From positions 22,927 through 86,926 of the IMG/VR virus record IMGVR_UViG_2681813435_000006: a DNA stretch of 64,000 nucleotides; one strand, written 5' to 3'. The DNA comes from a virus. Its lineage: Duplodnaviria > Heunggongvirae > Uroviricota > Caudoviricetes. The notes beneath the pieces were generated by a model. It made no database searches. It was not told where the DNA came from and worked only from the letters and a program-made list of their open reading frames with translations. The translations under genes and the position numbers were made by a program. Position 1 is the stretch's first letter; every line of letters begins with the position of its first letter. Below, piece by piece: positions 29,983 to 39,679 of this stretch.

Positions 29983-30324
29983 TTGAATAAAGGAAGCATT
30001 TATTTTAATGAGTTTAAAGACATATTTCATAATCCAGAAATGTATTTAAAAGATGATGGATTAAATTTATTACATGAACTTGCAACAGATTTCTTAACTT
30101 TAATAAAAGAAAATAAAATAAAAGAATTAGAACAAAATTTAAAAGGGATAGAGTCTAATGCTGAAGATTATAATTTTAATAATGGCAGATGTCCTAAATG
30201 CAATGAGGAATTAATTGTAATAACAAAGAGAGATACTGAAAGACTTGAACACTTTGGCACAGAATGTAATCAATTAATAAGTTATAGAAAGTGTCCCAAT
30301 TGTGGTTGGAGGGATGATGACTAG
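29983..30324 (+). CDS. hypothetical zinc-ribbon protein (TTG start)
   Basis: CPKCNEE...CPNCGW. Confidence 0.35.
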   Translation: MNKGSIYFNEFKDIFHNPEMYLKDDGLNLLHELATDFLTLIKENKIKELEQNLKGIESNAEDYNFNNGRCPKCNEELIVITKRDTERLEHFGTECNQLISYRKCPNCGWRDDD

Positions 30325-30344
30325 AAAAAAGAGAGGATGATTGT

Positions 30345-30986
30345 TTGAAATCAAAAAGATTATTAGCTATTATTTGTATTTTAGCTATAAGTAATATGTA
30401 TTTACTACATAATAAGAATAAAAACGAACAACAAATACATACTCAACAAAAGACAATTGAGAAAGAGCAAACTAGAAATAAAACATTAACAAAAGAGATT
30501 GATAATAAGAACATAAGGATTAAAAACATAGAAAACACAAATAGCGAAAAAGATAGGAAAATAAAGAACTTAGAAAATAGTGTAAGTAATTTAAAAAATA
30601 AAAATGAACAATTAAAAAAAGCTAGATTATCGAGAGGAGGTGATTTGTCAGGCGGTAGACAAATTAAATCAATAAAAGTATATGTGACATATTATACAAA
30701 TATTGACAATGATTTAGAAGGTGGGCAATTAGATAAAAAAGGCAAGAATTTAACATCACACAATATGAAAGTTTGTGCTATGCCTAAAGATATTACATAT
30801 GGAAGTATTTTAAATATAGAAGGTATGGGTAATTATAAAGTAGTAGATTCAGGTGGAGCAATACAATGGCTAAATGAAGATAAAACAGAATGTAAAGTTG
30901 ATGTATTTATACCAAACGTTACAGGAGAATGGTTAATTAATAATAAAGAAAATAAAATTGCTAATGCAACTTTATATATAAAATAA
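30345..30986 (+). CDS. Membrane-anchored 3D-domain protein (MltA/YuiC-like peptidoglycan-acting domain) with coiled-coil stalk
   Basis: N-terminal TM LLAIICILAISNMYLL; long Lys/Asn/Glu coiled coil; C-terminal KVYVTYYT...YKVVDSGGAIQW...KVDVFIP matches the 3D-domain pattern with conserved Asp residues. Confidence 0.55.
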   Translation: MKSKRLLAIICILAISNMYLLHNKNKNEQQIHTQQKTIEKEQTRNKTLTKEIDNKNIRIKNIENTNSEKDRKIKNLENSVSNLKNKNEQLKKARLSRGGDLSGGRQIKSIKVYVTYYTNIDNDLEGGQLDKKGKNLTSHNMKVCAMPKDITYGSILNIEGMGNYKVVDSGGAIQWLNEDKTECKVDVFIPNVTGEWLINNKENKIANATLYIK

Positions 30987-31008
30987 TTTATTAAAGGAGG
31001 ATTGAATT

Positions 31009-31401
31009 GTGTGCAATGGTAAACATACATATTTAACATGGAGAATGATTATGGAAATAACAGAAAATCCATACTTAGAATTTAAAAATCAGAGTGGATG
31101 GACGGTTAAAAATAAGAATGGCGATATAAAATTTTATGAATTTGGAGAAGAAACTAGCAATATAGAGTTAAAAACGAATGAATCATGGGAAGTAGTTGAA
31201 AAACCTGTAGATTTTAAGCTTGTATTAAATACGGATAAAAAAGTTAAAGTAAAACATTATCTAGTACTGAATGACCCATTTTTTACTAAATATCATACGT
31301 TAAAAGAAATTTTTCACAATGGTTTTAGCAGAGACTGTTCAGATGGATTTATGAGAAAGGTTATTGCGGAAGGAAAATGGTATATAGACCCCATATTATA
31401 A
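31009..31401 (+). CDS. hypothetical protein
   Basis: GTG start 8 nt after AAAGGAGG. Confidence 0.4.
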   Translation: MCNGKHTYLTWRMIMEITENPYLEFKNQSGWTVKNKNGDIKFYEFGEETSNIELKTNESWEVVEKPVDFKLVLNTDKKVKVKHYLVLNDPFFTKYHTLKEIFHNGFSRDCSDGFMRKVIAEGKWYIDPIL

Positions 31402-31430
31402 TGAAATAATTTAATGAGGAAGTGGTTAGA

Positions 31431-31571
31431 ATGAATCCAGTTTTCTATTTAATTGTATTTTTGATAGCAATTATTGCCTTTATATCATTAATACCTATAT
31501 GCAGCAAGTTGGTAGATTTAACAAAAGCAATTTCAAATAAAATATTTAAAGATAATGAGGAGGATAAATAA
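31431..31571 (+). CDS. hypothetical small single-TM protein (46 aa), not in the track
   Basis: RBS GAGGAAGTGG; hydrophobic N-terminus PVFYLIVFLIAIIAFISLIPI and charged tail; its stop is 2 nt before the next start. Confidence 0.35.
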   Translation: MNPVFYLIVFLIAIIAFISLIPICSKLVDLTKAISNKIFKDNEEDK

Positions 31572-31573
31572 TA

Positions 31574-32437
31574 ATGAATAAGAAGTTTTTATCAAGTTTA
31601 ATAGCAGGAATATTAGTTGTAGGAGGAGTATTTACTATATTTAAATCAACAGAAAGAATCAAGGCAGGATATGTAGGTGTTGTTTATAGTATGAATGGGG
31701 GTGTAGAGGATAAAACATTGGGACAAGGTTGGCATTTAATATCTCCATTTAAAAAAGTTGTAGAGTATTCAGTTGCTACTGAACAAGCTTTTTTAAGTAA
31801 AGACAAAAAAGAAGGATCAGAAGATGATGATAGTTTCTTAATTCCAAGTAAAGATGGGAAAGTACTTAACATCGATCTCGAGTTCTCCTATCATTTTGAT
31901 AATGAACAATTACCAAAAACATTTACAAGATTTAAAGGTCAAAAAGGGAAAGTAATCGAACAGAATTTTATAAAAGGTAAGATGAAAGCGTATGCTACAG
32001 AAGTATCTTCTAAATTTTCAGTGTTAGATATTTATGGAGAAAAAAGAAGTTATTTAAATAAAGAATTATATGAGTATTCTAAAGAAAGATTTAAAGAATA
32101 TGGAATAGTTATTGATAGTGTCAATTTTACAAGAATAAATGTAGATGGACAAACTAATAAGGCTATACAAGATAGAATCAACGCACAACAACAATTAGAG
32201 CAACAAAAAATAGAATTAGAAACTGCAAAAATAAAAGCACAAAAAGATAAAGTAGATGCAGAATCTAAAGCAAAGGTAACAGAAATAGGGGCTAAAGCTG
32301 AGGCAGATGCAAATAGGCTAAAACAATCTACATTAAATAATACTATAGTAGAATATGAGAAAGTAAAGAAATGGGATGGTAAAGTACCTCAAGTACAAGG
32401 AGGAAATCCTATATTAGATATGAGAACTAATAAATAA
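31574..32437 (+). CDS. SPFH/band-7 (stomatin/prohibitin/HflK-like) membrane protein
   Basis: N-terminal TM followed by GYVGVVYSMNGGVEDKTLGQGWHLISPFKKVVEYSV, the canonical start of the SPFH domain; coiled-coil C-terminus. Confidence 0.6.
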   Translation: MNKKFLSSLIAGILVVGGVFTIFKSTERIKAGYVGVVYSMNGGVEDKTLGQGWHLISPFKKVVEYSVATEQAFLSKDKKEGSEDDDSFLIPSKDGKVLNIDLEFSYHFDNEQLPKTFTRFKGQKGKVIEQNFIKGKMKAYATEVSSKFSVLDIYGEKRSYLNKELYEYSKERFKEYGIVIDSVNFTRINVDGQTNKAIQDRINAQQQLEQQKIELETAKIKAQKDKVDAESKAKVTEIGAKAEADANRLKQSTLNNTIVEYEKVKKWDGKVPQVQGGNPILDMRTNK

Positions 32438-32449
32438 TTTAATACATAA

Positions 32450-32487
32450 GTTGTATATTATAGTTGATTAAAGCTATAATATACAAC
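32450..32487 (+). promoter_or_regulatory. 14-bp perfect inverted repeat GTTGTATATTATAG-N10-CTATAATATACAAC
   Basis: Read directly; lies 13 nt after the SPFH stop; no T-run follows. Confidence 0.35.
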
Positions 32488-32571
32488 GGTTCAGATGGTT
32501 TAAAATATGGATTTTATTTGAAATCAATTAATAAAGAATTAATGTCCAATAAAAAAGAGGAGGATAACTAA

Positions 32572-32931
32572 ATGAGTAAGAAATTTACAGGGTATCTACA
32601 ATATTTTGAAGAAAAATTCCCTATAGGAGAAGAAACAAATAAAATAGATATTAAAGGAAACAAGCTTAACACAGGAGATATTGTAACATTTAATGTTGAA
32701 AATAATAATAGCATAATTTCTGTTGTATGTACTCCAGAAGGAGAAATAATGGGAATATGGAATTTTTCACAAGAACAATTAATTAAACAGTTCAAAGTTA
32801 AAAAGATTAAAAGCTATAAAGATTTAGAACATGGTGAAACAATTAATGATGTTGATGTTGTATTAGAAAAACAATTATCAGATTATACAAATGAAGAATT
32901 ATTGAAGGAATTAGAAAATAGATTAAAATAA
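32572..32931 (+). CDS. hypothetical protein
   Basis: RBS AGAGGAGG. Confidence 0.45.
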   Translation: MSKKFTGYLQYFEEKFPIGEETNKIDIKGNKLNTGDIVTFNVENNNSIISVVCTPEGEIMGIWNFSQEQLIKQFKVKKIKSYKDLEHGETINDVDVVLEKQLSDYTNEELLKELENRLK

Positions 32932-32953
32932 TTTATAAAGGAGGATTTAGAAT

Positions 32954-33364
32954 ATGAGCTGTTGTGTTTATCATGAGGAAGGAAATATTAAAATTAGAAA
33001 AGAAAATATGAAATTGATAATAACTAAGTTATCAGATTTTTTTAATAATGGCGGAGAATTGAAGTGGGTCGATGGATTTGATATTAAAGATATGATATCA
33101 ATAGAAGATGATGAAGATACCCCTTTAACATTAGAAGAAATATGGAATGATTTAAAATATGAATTAGAAGAAGATGACAATTATTATACAATAATAGATT
33201 TTATAGGTGAAAAACTAGGGGACGATGATGTATTATTTAAATTAATAGCTCCATATTGTGAAGATGGCTATTTGCAATTTTACACAGATAATGGAGACCA
33301 TTTTAGGTTCGTTATCAAAGATGGAAAATTTGAAGAAAAAAATGCAGGTTTAAGTTGGGAATAA
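32954..33364 (+). CDS. hypothetical highly acidic protein
   Basis: RBS AAAGGAGG; Asp/Glu-rich throughout. Confidence 0.45.
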   Translation: MSCCVYHEEGNIKIRKENMKLIITKLSDFFNNGGELKWVDGFDIKDMISIEDDEDTPLTLEEIWNDLKYELEEDDNYYTIIDFIGEKLGDDDVLFKLIAPYCEDGYLQFYTDNGDHFRFVIKDGKFEEKNAGLSWE

Positions 33365-33389
33365 AATAATTTAATAATTATAAAGAGGA

Positions 33390-33599
33390 GTGATAAATAT
33401 GTTTGCTGATGATTTATTGTACAAAATAGAAGTAGATATAACTTCTAAGGTAAAGAAAGGTTGTGACATAACTCCAGAAGAATACATAAAAGAATTTAAA
33501 ATAATATTTCCACAGATAAAAGGTGATGATCTAAAAGCTTGGGAGTATCAAATAAAAGGAATATTTGAAATAGTTGATACTCATTATAAAGATATTTAA
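33390..33599 (+). CDS. hypothetical protein
   Basis: RBS AGAGGAG. Confidence 0.4.
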   Translation: MINMFADDLLYKIEVDITSKVKKGCDITPEEYIKEFKIIFPQIKGDDLKAWEYQIKGIFEIVDTHYKDI

Positions 33600-33611
33600 G
33601 GAGGATATTTT

Positions 33612-34241
33612 ATGAAATTTAAAGTGGGAGATAGAGTTCGAGTTAGAACAGATTTAGAAGATGGTCATCATTATGGAGGATGGGCTTATGTATGTTCAAT
33701 GGATAAGTTTAAAGGAGAGTCAGTTACAATAAAAAAATGTTGTGTCGATAGTTATAAAATTAGAGAGGGTGAAATTTCCTATAATTGGAGTGATGAGATG
33801 TTAGAGCCAATACAAGAAGATTTTACTTTTCAAGAAGTTATAGCAAGAATAGAGCCTAATGAAACCTATGAAAGTGAATGGGCTGTTACTTTTAGAAAAT
33901 TTACATCTATACATATGGACGAATTTGGTTCTCTTGAATTACATTATATTGAAAATAATACAAAAAGACAATCAAATTCATTATTTAATGATACTGTATT
34001 TATAGGAGTGAATCAAAGATTTAGACTAAAAGAAACTAAAAAACCCTTTATAATATACTATATAGAGCATAAACCTAATGAAAAACAATATAAATTTAGA
34101 AGTAATGAAAGATTAGATATAAATGACTTTGTAATATGTGATACTAAATTTGGTAGGGTTTATGGGAAGGTTGTTTCATATGAAGAAATGGAATTAACAA
34201 ATGCAGAAAGCGAGCAATATAAAAAATGTTGGAAAGCTTAA
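33612..34241 (+). CDS. hypothetical protein
   Basis: RBS AAGGAGG. Confidence 0.45.
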   Translation: MKFKVGDRVRVRTDLEDGHHYGGWAYVCSMDKFKGESVTIKKCCVDSYKIREGEISYNWSDEMLEPIQEDFTFQEVIARIEPNETYESEWAVTFRKFTSIHMDEFGSLELHYIENNTKRQSNSLFNDTVFIGVNQRFRLKETKKPFIIYYIEHKPNEKQYKFRSNERLDINDFVICDTKFGRVYGKVVSYEEMELTNAESEQYKKCWKA

Positions 34242-34319
34242 ATATATAGTTTATAAAAGGTTGATTTTACATTAATTTAAAATAATTTAATAAACAAGAT
34301 ATATGAAAGAGGGAATTAT

Positions 34320-34538
34320 ATGATAAAAGTAATAGGAAAAGAAAATTGTCCAAAATGTTATATAACAAAAAAAAGATTAACAGATAATGAAATAAACTTT
34401 CAATACATAGATTTTGAAAAAGATTTAAATGAAAAGGAACAAAACGAATATATTAGCATTGCACGAAAACAAGGGCAAATGGCATTACCTTTGTTATTTA
34501 AAAACAATACGCTAGTGAAAACAGAGGACATTTTATAA
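34320..34538 (+). CDS. nrdH: NrdH-like glutaredoxin (CxxC redoxin)
   Basis: MIKVIGKENCPKCYITKKRL places the CPKC active site at the NrdH/Grx position; it sits directly upstream of nrdG-nrdD. Confidence 0.5.
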   Translation: MIKVIGKENCPKCYITKKRLTDNEINFQYIDFEKDLNEKEQNEYISIARKQGQMALPLLFKNNTLVKTEDIL

Positions 34539-35059
34539 TGAAGGATATTTTTATAACAACACAATTTTCTATTAGTGGAGATGGATTGTATTACCCTGCA
34601 ATATCAATATATTTTAGTGGTTGTGATAAAAAAATAAAATGTACAGATTGTCATAATCCTGAATTGCAAAAACAACGGGTTGGTTATGATACTAATTATA
34701 TAGAAGTAATTAATGATCTAGACAATAAAATAAAAGAATGGCTTACTATATATCCTAAAATATCTATATGTTATTTAGGGGGAGAAGCCTTAGCAAAATG
34801 GAACAGAGAAGCCACCTATCAAATCTCTAAACATTTCAAAGACAAATATCAAAATAAAATATGTAATATTATATATACTTGGAGATATTTAAAGGATTTA
34901 AAAGAAATAGAAGATTATATTTCATATATAGATATTGGGGTATTAGGGGATTACCAAAAACAAAATCATATTGTTAATCAAATTCCATCATCTTCAAATC
35001 AATTTATATATGATTTTAATAAAAAAACTAAATTAAATAATATTATTAAGGAGGACTAG
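34538..35059 (+). CDS. nrdG: Anaerobic ribonucleotide reductase activating protein (radical-SAM activase), putative
   Basis: Cys cluster SGCDKKIKCTDCHNPE near the N-terminus; size about 170 aa; translationally coupled to nrdD. The motif spacing is atypical, so confidence is moderate. Confidence 0.45.
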   Translation: MKDIFITTQFSISGDGLYYPAISIYFSGCDKKIKCTDCHNPELQKQRVGYDTNYIEVINDLDNKIKEWLTIYPKISICYLGGEALAKWNREATYQISKHFKDKYQNKICNIIYTWRYLKDLKEIEDYISYIDIGVLGDYQKQNHIVNQIPSSSNQFIYDFNKKTKLNNIIKED

Positions 35060-35062
35060 CCT

Positions 35063-36994
35063 ATGAAATTAAATGTAACATTAGACAAAGATTTTGAAAA
35101 GAAGTTTGAGGAGTTAAAAGAAAAGTATGGAGAAGAAATATTAAAATTAGAAGGATTATCAGACGAACAGCTTGATACAACAGCTTTTTTTAATAAGTTT
35201 ATTAGTAGTAATAATGTAGCAAATGCTTCCATTGATGATAATAGTAATGTAAATAATAAAAATATAAGTGTCATGATTAGTGAAAGTAGAAAACCTTGGA
35301 ACAAATTATTTTCAAGAAATAAACTATATTTAGAAATGAAAGAGGAGTTTGGAAAAGAAACAGCAGATAAATGGTTAGAACTACAGATTAATGGTGCTTT
35401 ATATGAGCATGATAGCCAAGACACAAGTTTTAAGCCATATTGCTATGCTTATTCTTTAAAACCAATAGTAGAAAGAGGTTTATATTTTGCCAAAGATATG
35501 AAAGGGAAACCAGCACAACATTTAGATACCTTTAATAGTCATGTCAAAGAATTTGTAGCATTAGCAACTAATCAACAAAGCGGAGCTGTAGGAGTACCAG
35601 ATTATTTAATTTATTCCTTTTATTTTTGGAAAAAAGATAGTGAAGAGCAAAATATGAATAAGGAACAAGCTAAAAAATTCAAAGAACAACAATGGCAACA
35701 AATATTGTTTAGTTTAAATCAACCATTCTTGAAAGGGCAAGAACAGTCAGCTTATACTAATTTTTCAATTTTAGATAGAGAACATATTATGGGGTTCTTT
35801 GGAATGGAGAAATTTCCAGACAACACATTAATAATTGATTATTTAGAAGAAATTATTCAATATGAAAAGGATTTTCTTGATTATGAAAAAAGATTAAGAT
35901 ATGAAAAATTCTTTACATTCCCTGTTATTAGTGCAAGTTTATTATTTAGAGATGGGAAATACTTAGATGAAGATATGGCAAAGTTTGTTTGTAAGCACAA
36001 TCTAACATGGCAAGATGTTAATATATATAATGCTGAAAATGTGGATGGTCTGGCTTCTTGTTGCCGTCTTGTATCTTCTACACAAGAAATGTCAAAAGGA
36101 CAGCAAGAGTTAACAGGGCATTTTAATTCAATAGGAGGCTCTTCTATATCTATAGGAAGTGCGAAAGTTAATACAATTAATTTAGTGAGAATAGCCTTGG
36201 AAACCAAAGGAGATTTTGATAAATACATAGACATATTGAAGGAAAGAGTGAACATATCTCATAAACTATTAAAAATACATAGAGATATTCTAAATAAGAA
36301 TATTAAACGAGGTTTGCTACCTATTTATTCAGAAGATTTAATGGACATGAACAATCAATTTAGTACAATAGGTATAAACGGTATGTTTGAAGCTATAAAA
36401 TTATTAGGCGGAATTTCTAAAAACAGTACAGGATATTATTATACAGAAAAAGGTTTAGATATGGCAAAAAAGATACTGCATACAGTAGTGGAAATGAATA
36501 AGCAAACTTTAAAAAGATATGGGTTTACATCAAATGTTGAACAAATTCCTGCTGAATCTGCTAGTATAAAAATGTGTAAAAAAGATAAAATATTATTTGG
36601 CAATCAATTAGATACTTATATATATGGTAATCAATGGATACCCTTAAATGTTCAAACCGATGTATTAGAAAGAATTAAAGTTTCTTCTGAATTAGATAAG
36701 GCATGTGGTGGAGGAGTTATGTTACACGTTAACTTAGGTGAAGGCTTTAAAGATGAAGAAGAAGCATGGAGAATGATGACGTATTTGGCGAATAAAGGTG
36801 TAGTCTATTATAGTTTTATAATGAAAATAAATGTTTGTGAATTAGATCATAGTTTTTATGGAAATATATGTCCAATATGCCACAGACCAAAATCAGATTC
36901 ATATATAAAAATAGTTGGATATTTAGTAAAACAAAGTTCTTACAAATCAGAGAGAGCTAAAGAAATGGATGAGAGAGTTTTTTACAGTTTATAG
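35063..36994 (+). CDS. nrdD: Anaerobic ribonucleoside-triphosphate reductase (class III RNR)
   Basis: C-terminal zinc site CELDHSFYGNICPICH followed by the glycyl-radical motif KIVGYL (compare RVCGYL); about 640 aa. Confidence 0.75.
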   Translation: MKLNVTLDKDFEKKFEELKEKYGEEILKLEGLSDEQLDTTAFFNKFISSNNVANASIDDNSNVNNKNISVMISESRKPWNKLFSRNKLYLEMKEEFGKETADKWLELQINGALYEHDSQDTSFKPYCYAYSLKPIVERGLYFAKDMKGKPAQHLDTFNSHVKEFVALATNQQSGAVGVPDYLIYSFYFWKKDSEEQNMNKEQAKKFKEQQWQQILFSLNQPFLKGQEQSAYTNFSILDREHIMGFFGMEKFPDNTLIIDYLEEIIQYEKDFLDYEKRLRYEKFFTFPVISASLLFRDGKYLDEDMAKFVCKHNLTWQDVNIYNAENVDGLASCCRLVSSTQEMSKGQQELTGHFNSIGGSSISIGSAKVNTINLVRIALETKGDFDKYIDILKERVNISHKLLKIHRDILNKNIKRGLLPIYSEDLMDMNNQFSTIGINGMFEAIKLLGGISKNSTGYYYTEKGLDMAKKILHTVVEMNKQTLKRYGFTSNVEQIPAESASIKMCKKDKILFGNQLDTYIYGNQWIPLNVQTDVLERIKVSSELDKACGGGVMLHVNLGEGFKDEEEAWRMMTYLANKGVVYYSFIMKINVCELDHSFYGNICPICHRPKSDSYIKIVGYLVKQSSYKSERAKEMDERVFYSL

Positions 36995-37031
36995 GCAATA
37001 TAAAATAATTTAATAAATATACAATAAATAC

Positions 37032-37060
37032 TTGACTAATATAAAATAATTTGGTAATAT
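37032..37060 (+). promoter_or_regulatory. sigmaA-type promoter (exact copy of 29932 and 46178)
   Basis: TTGACT-N17-TAATAT. Confidence 0.5.
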
Positions 37061-37063
37061 AAT

Positions 37064-37106
37064 ACTTGTAGGGTTTGCACAAACATTCCTTACAAGTATA
37101 TTTTTT
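37064..37106 (+). terminator. Imperfect hairpin ACTTGTAGGG...CCTTACAAGT with inner GTTTG-CA-CAAAC stem, followed by TTTTTT
   Basis: Seen in sequence; it overlaps the promoter's start region, so it probably terminates nrdD read-through. Confidence 0.4.
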
Positions 37107-37127
37107 AAAAGAGAGGAAAGATGTTAA

Positions 37128-37811
37128 ATGAGTAAAAGGATAAAAACAGTAGAAATGAATGAATTATATTTTGCAAAGACAAAGCCAAATGCTATCATAC
37201 CAACTAAGAGAGATGAAGATGCTGGATATGATATATATACTTGTGAGACAGAAACTATCGTAATAGAACCTAATTCAACTAGATTAATAGATACTGGAAT
37301 AGCAATAGCTTGTAATAAAGCATATTTTCCAAAATTCTTTGATAAAGGTGGAATGGGAAGTAAAGGTATAATAGTAGGAGCTGGCGTAGGAGATAGCGGA
37401 TATAGAAATGGTTATTTTGTTCCTTTAATTAACACAAACAAAGATAAAACATTAGTAATAACTACTCAAACAAAAGATGAAATAGAAAAATGTAATTATC
37501 TTAATTTAGATACAAAAAAATTTGAATGCATCTCTGATGATGAATTACTAAGATCAGCAGAAAAAGATATAAAGAGTGGTCAGCTATTATTGCATTTTCA
37601 AATAACTAATTATCCATTTAATATTAATAAGTATAATAATCAAAGAGTTGTGAAAAAAGAAGATTGTATAATAAAACCTATACATAAGGCGATAACTCAA
37701 TTTGTTATGATACCTGTTCCTGAATTTAAGAAAAGAGAAATAACATGGGAAGAATTAAAAAATATTAAATCAGAAAGAGGATTAGGTAAGCTAGGAAGTA
37801 GTGGTAAGTAA
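37128..37811 (+). CDS. dut: dUTPase (trimeric dUTP pyrophosphatase family, extended)
   Basis: Motif DAGYDIY and motif GVGDSGYRNGYF (compare GxIDxDYRG). Confidence 0.6.
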   Translation: MSKRIKTVEMNELYFAKTKPNAIIPTKRDEDAGYDIYTCETETIVIEPNSTRLIDTGIAIACNKAYFPKFFDKGGMGSKGIIVGAGVGDSGYRNGYFVPLINTNKDKTLVITTQTKDEIEKCNYLNLDTKKFECISDDELLRSAEKDIKSGQLLLHFQITNYPFNINKYNNQRVVKKEDCIIKPIHKAITQFVMIPVPEFKKREITWEELKNIKSERGLGKLGSSGK

Positions 37812-37865
37812 TGGGGATGATTAAATTCATTCCTTCTTAAAAAATAATTAAAAGGGAGTGGTTTA

Positions 37866-38549
37866 TTGTTGAAAGAAATAACTTATGAAAAATCTCATAA
37901 AAAATTTAATGGTGTATTATATAAATTATGTAGTAAGTGTAGAAAATGGTTGCCATGTACAACTGAATATTTTTATAAAACTAATTCAAAAAATCCTAAA
38001 GGAGATAAATTGTTTCCTTATTGTAAAGAATGTAGTAAAGAAAAGGCTAGGAGTTGGAGAAGAAAACCAGAAAATAGGGATAAATGGTTAGAAATTAATA
38101 AAATTAGGAATTCTAATCCAAACAAAAGACAACAAATTAGAGAGTTGATGAACAAATATAGAGAAGAAGGTAGACAGCTTGAATGGCAACAAAACAATAA
38201 AGATAAGATTAAACAATATAGTGAAGTAAGGAGCAACAAAAATCATACTATCACTTCAAAAGAGTGGAATATATGCAAAGAATATTTTAATAACTCATGT
38301 GCATATTGTGGTATGACTGAAAAAGAGCATAGAGAAATTTTTAATCAAGATTTACATAAAGAACACGTAGAGTGTGAAGGAGCTAACGATTTAAGTAATT
38401 GTGTTCCTGCCTGTAGAAGTTGTAATAGCAGTAAAAATATTTTTCAATTAACAGAGTGGTATAATAAAAATAACCCTAAGTTTAACCAAGAGAAATTAGA
38501 TGTAATTAACAAATGGTTAAGTGAGGATTATAAAAAGATAATCAAATAA
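37866..38549 (+). CDS. HNH endonuclease with N-terminal zinc ribbons
   Basis: CAYCGMTEKEH...LHKEHVECEGANDLSNCVPACRSCNSSK is an HNH-type pattern. Confidence 0.5.
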   Translation: MLKEITYEKSHKKFNGVLYKLCSKCRKWLPCTTEYFYKTNSKNPKGDKLFPYCKECSKEKARSWRRKPENRDKWLEINKIRNSNPNKRQQIRELMNKYREEGRQLEWQQNNKDKIKQYSEVRSNKNHTITSKEWNICKEYFNNSCAYCGMTEKEHREIFNQDLHKEHVECEGANDLSNCVPACRSCNSSKNIFQLTEWYNKNNPKFNQEKLDVINKWLSEDYKKIIK

Positions 38550-38603
38550 CTATTTTATTCAAAATAATTTAATAAATCAAATCTATAGGAGGAATAGACA
38601 AAC

Positions 38604-38879
38604 ATGAATGAAATGGATAAAGAAGACTTAAAAGAATTTATAACAATAGTTAATAATGGTATACAAAGGTTAAATTTAGATAAGAGAGATGTTATTTCTA
38701 TAATAAATAATCTGTACAACTATAACAATAAGGTAAAAATATTAGAACAAATAAATAGTTATGTAGAAGGAGATAAAACAAAGATTTGTGATATTTGTAA
38801 TACAAAAATAACAGAAAAAGAATTTAAAAATAATGATGGATATTGCCATAAGTGTTTTGCCGAAATGCATAAAAGATAG
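38604..38879 (+). CDS. hypothetical zinc-ribbon protein
   Basis: CDICNTK...CHKCF. Confidence 0.4.
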   Translation: MNEMDKEDLKEFITIVNNGIQRLNLDKRDVISIINNLYNYNNKVKILEQINSYVEGDKTKICDICNTKITEKEFKNNDGYCHKCFAEMHKR

Positions 38880-38897
38880 TTCGTATTTCAAAAAATT

Positions 38898-39098
38898 ATG
38901 ACTATGAAAGGAAGTATAAAAGTGTTTTATTTAGGAGTGATTAAATTCAAAAACGGTAATGGAAGAGAAGTTTCTGCCAGTAGTAAAGAAATACTAGAAG
39001 CGAAAATAGACACGATCACGGATGATATTAGGGATAAAGTGATAAGGGTTAAGGTGTATAAGGCTGAAAATGTAACAGAGTTTACTTATGAAGAATAA
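38898..39098 (+). CDS. hypothetical protein
   Basis: ORF in the array. Confidence 0.35.
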   Translation: MTMKGSIKVFYLGVIKFKNGNGREVSASSKEILEAKIDTITDDIRDKVIRVKVYKAENVTEFTYEE

Positions 39099-39142
39099 TA
39101 CTAAATTTGAAATTATTATGTCATAAAGTGAGGAGGAATAAA

Positions 39143-39487
39143 ATGGGCAAAAAATATTTAATTCTATGTAATAGGCATAATAGCATATTTGGTGGAGAAT
39201 GGGGTCTATTTTGGGGATACAGAGAAAGTGAAGGTGGATATAATTCTGATTTGCGAACCGCACATAGATTTGACGAAAGTGAAATACATAGATTTAACGA
39301 TAATAGGGATATACCAATACCTATAGATATCTTAGGCATACCAGAGGAATGCGAAGATGAAAAAACTATAAATGAAAACATTAATGTTGTGATTGAGAAG
39401 GGAACTTTAAATGATTTATTAGATTTAGATTTAAGACCATTACATCAAACAGGGCAATATTGCCCCAGTTGCGGTGAAGAACTCTAA
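39143..39487 (+). CDS. hypothetical protein (ATG 39143 preferred; RBS GAGGAGG)
   Basis: C-terminal CPSCG. Confidence 0.4.
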   Translation: MGKKYLILCNRHNSIFGGEWGLFWGYRESEGGYNSDLRTAHRFDESEIHRFNDNRDIPIPIDILGIPEECEDEKTINENINVVIEKGTLNDLLDLDLRPLHQTGQYCPSCGEEL

Positions 39488-39529
39488 AAAACAGAGGGTT
39501 AAAAATGAAGTATAAGGAGACAAAAACAT

Positions 39530-39676
39530 ATGGTTACTAAAGAAATGTATCTAGAAGGCATTAGATGTAAGGGAATATGTACATCTAATTGTAAAGATAA
39601 AAGTGATTGTTATCAGTATACTAAGGTCATTAAAAGTGATATAGAAATCAGAATGCATAATCATAAAGCAAATTAA
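39530..39676 (+). CDS. hypothetical small Cys-rich protein (48 aa), not in the track
   Basis: RBS AAGGAGA; CKGICTSNCKDKSDC. Confidence 0.3.
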   Translation: MVTKEMYLEGIRCKGICTSNCKDKSDCYQYTKVIKSDIEIRMHNHKAN

Positions 39677-39679
39677 AAT

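Noticed and set aside
31431-31571. Calling the 46-aa single-TM peptide a holin and the 3D-domain protein the endolysin
   Set aside because: There are no adjacent structural or lysis-cassette genes, and no canonical endolysin catalytic domain (amidase, lysozyme or CHAP). A 3D domain alone and a single TM peptide are insufficient evidence.
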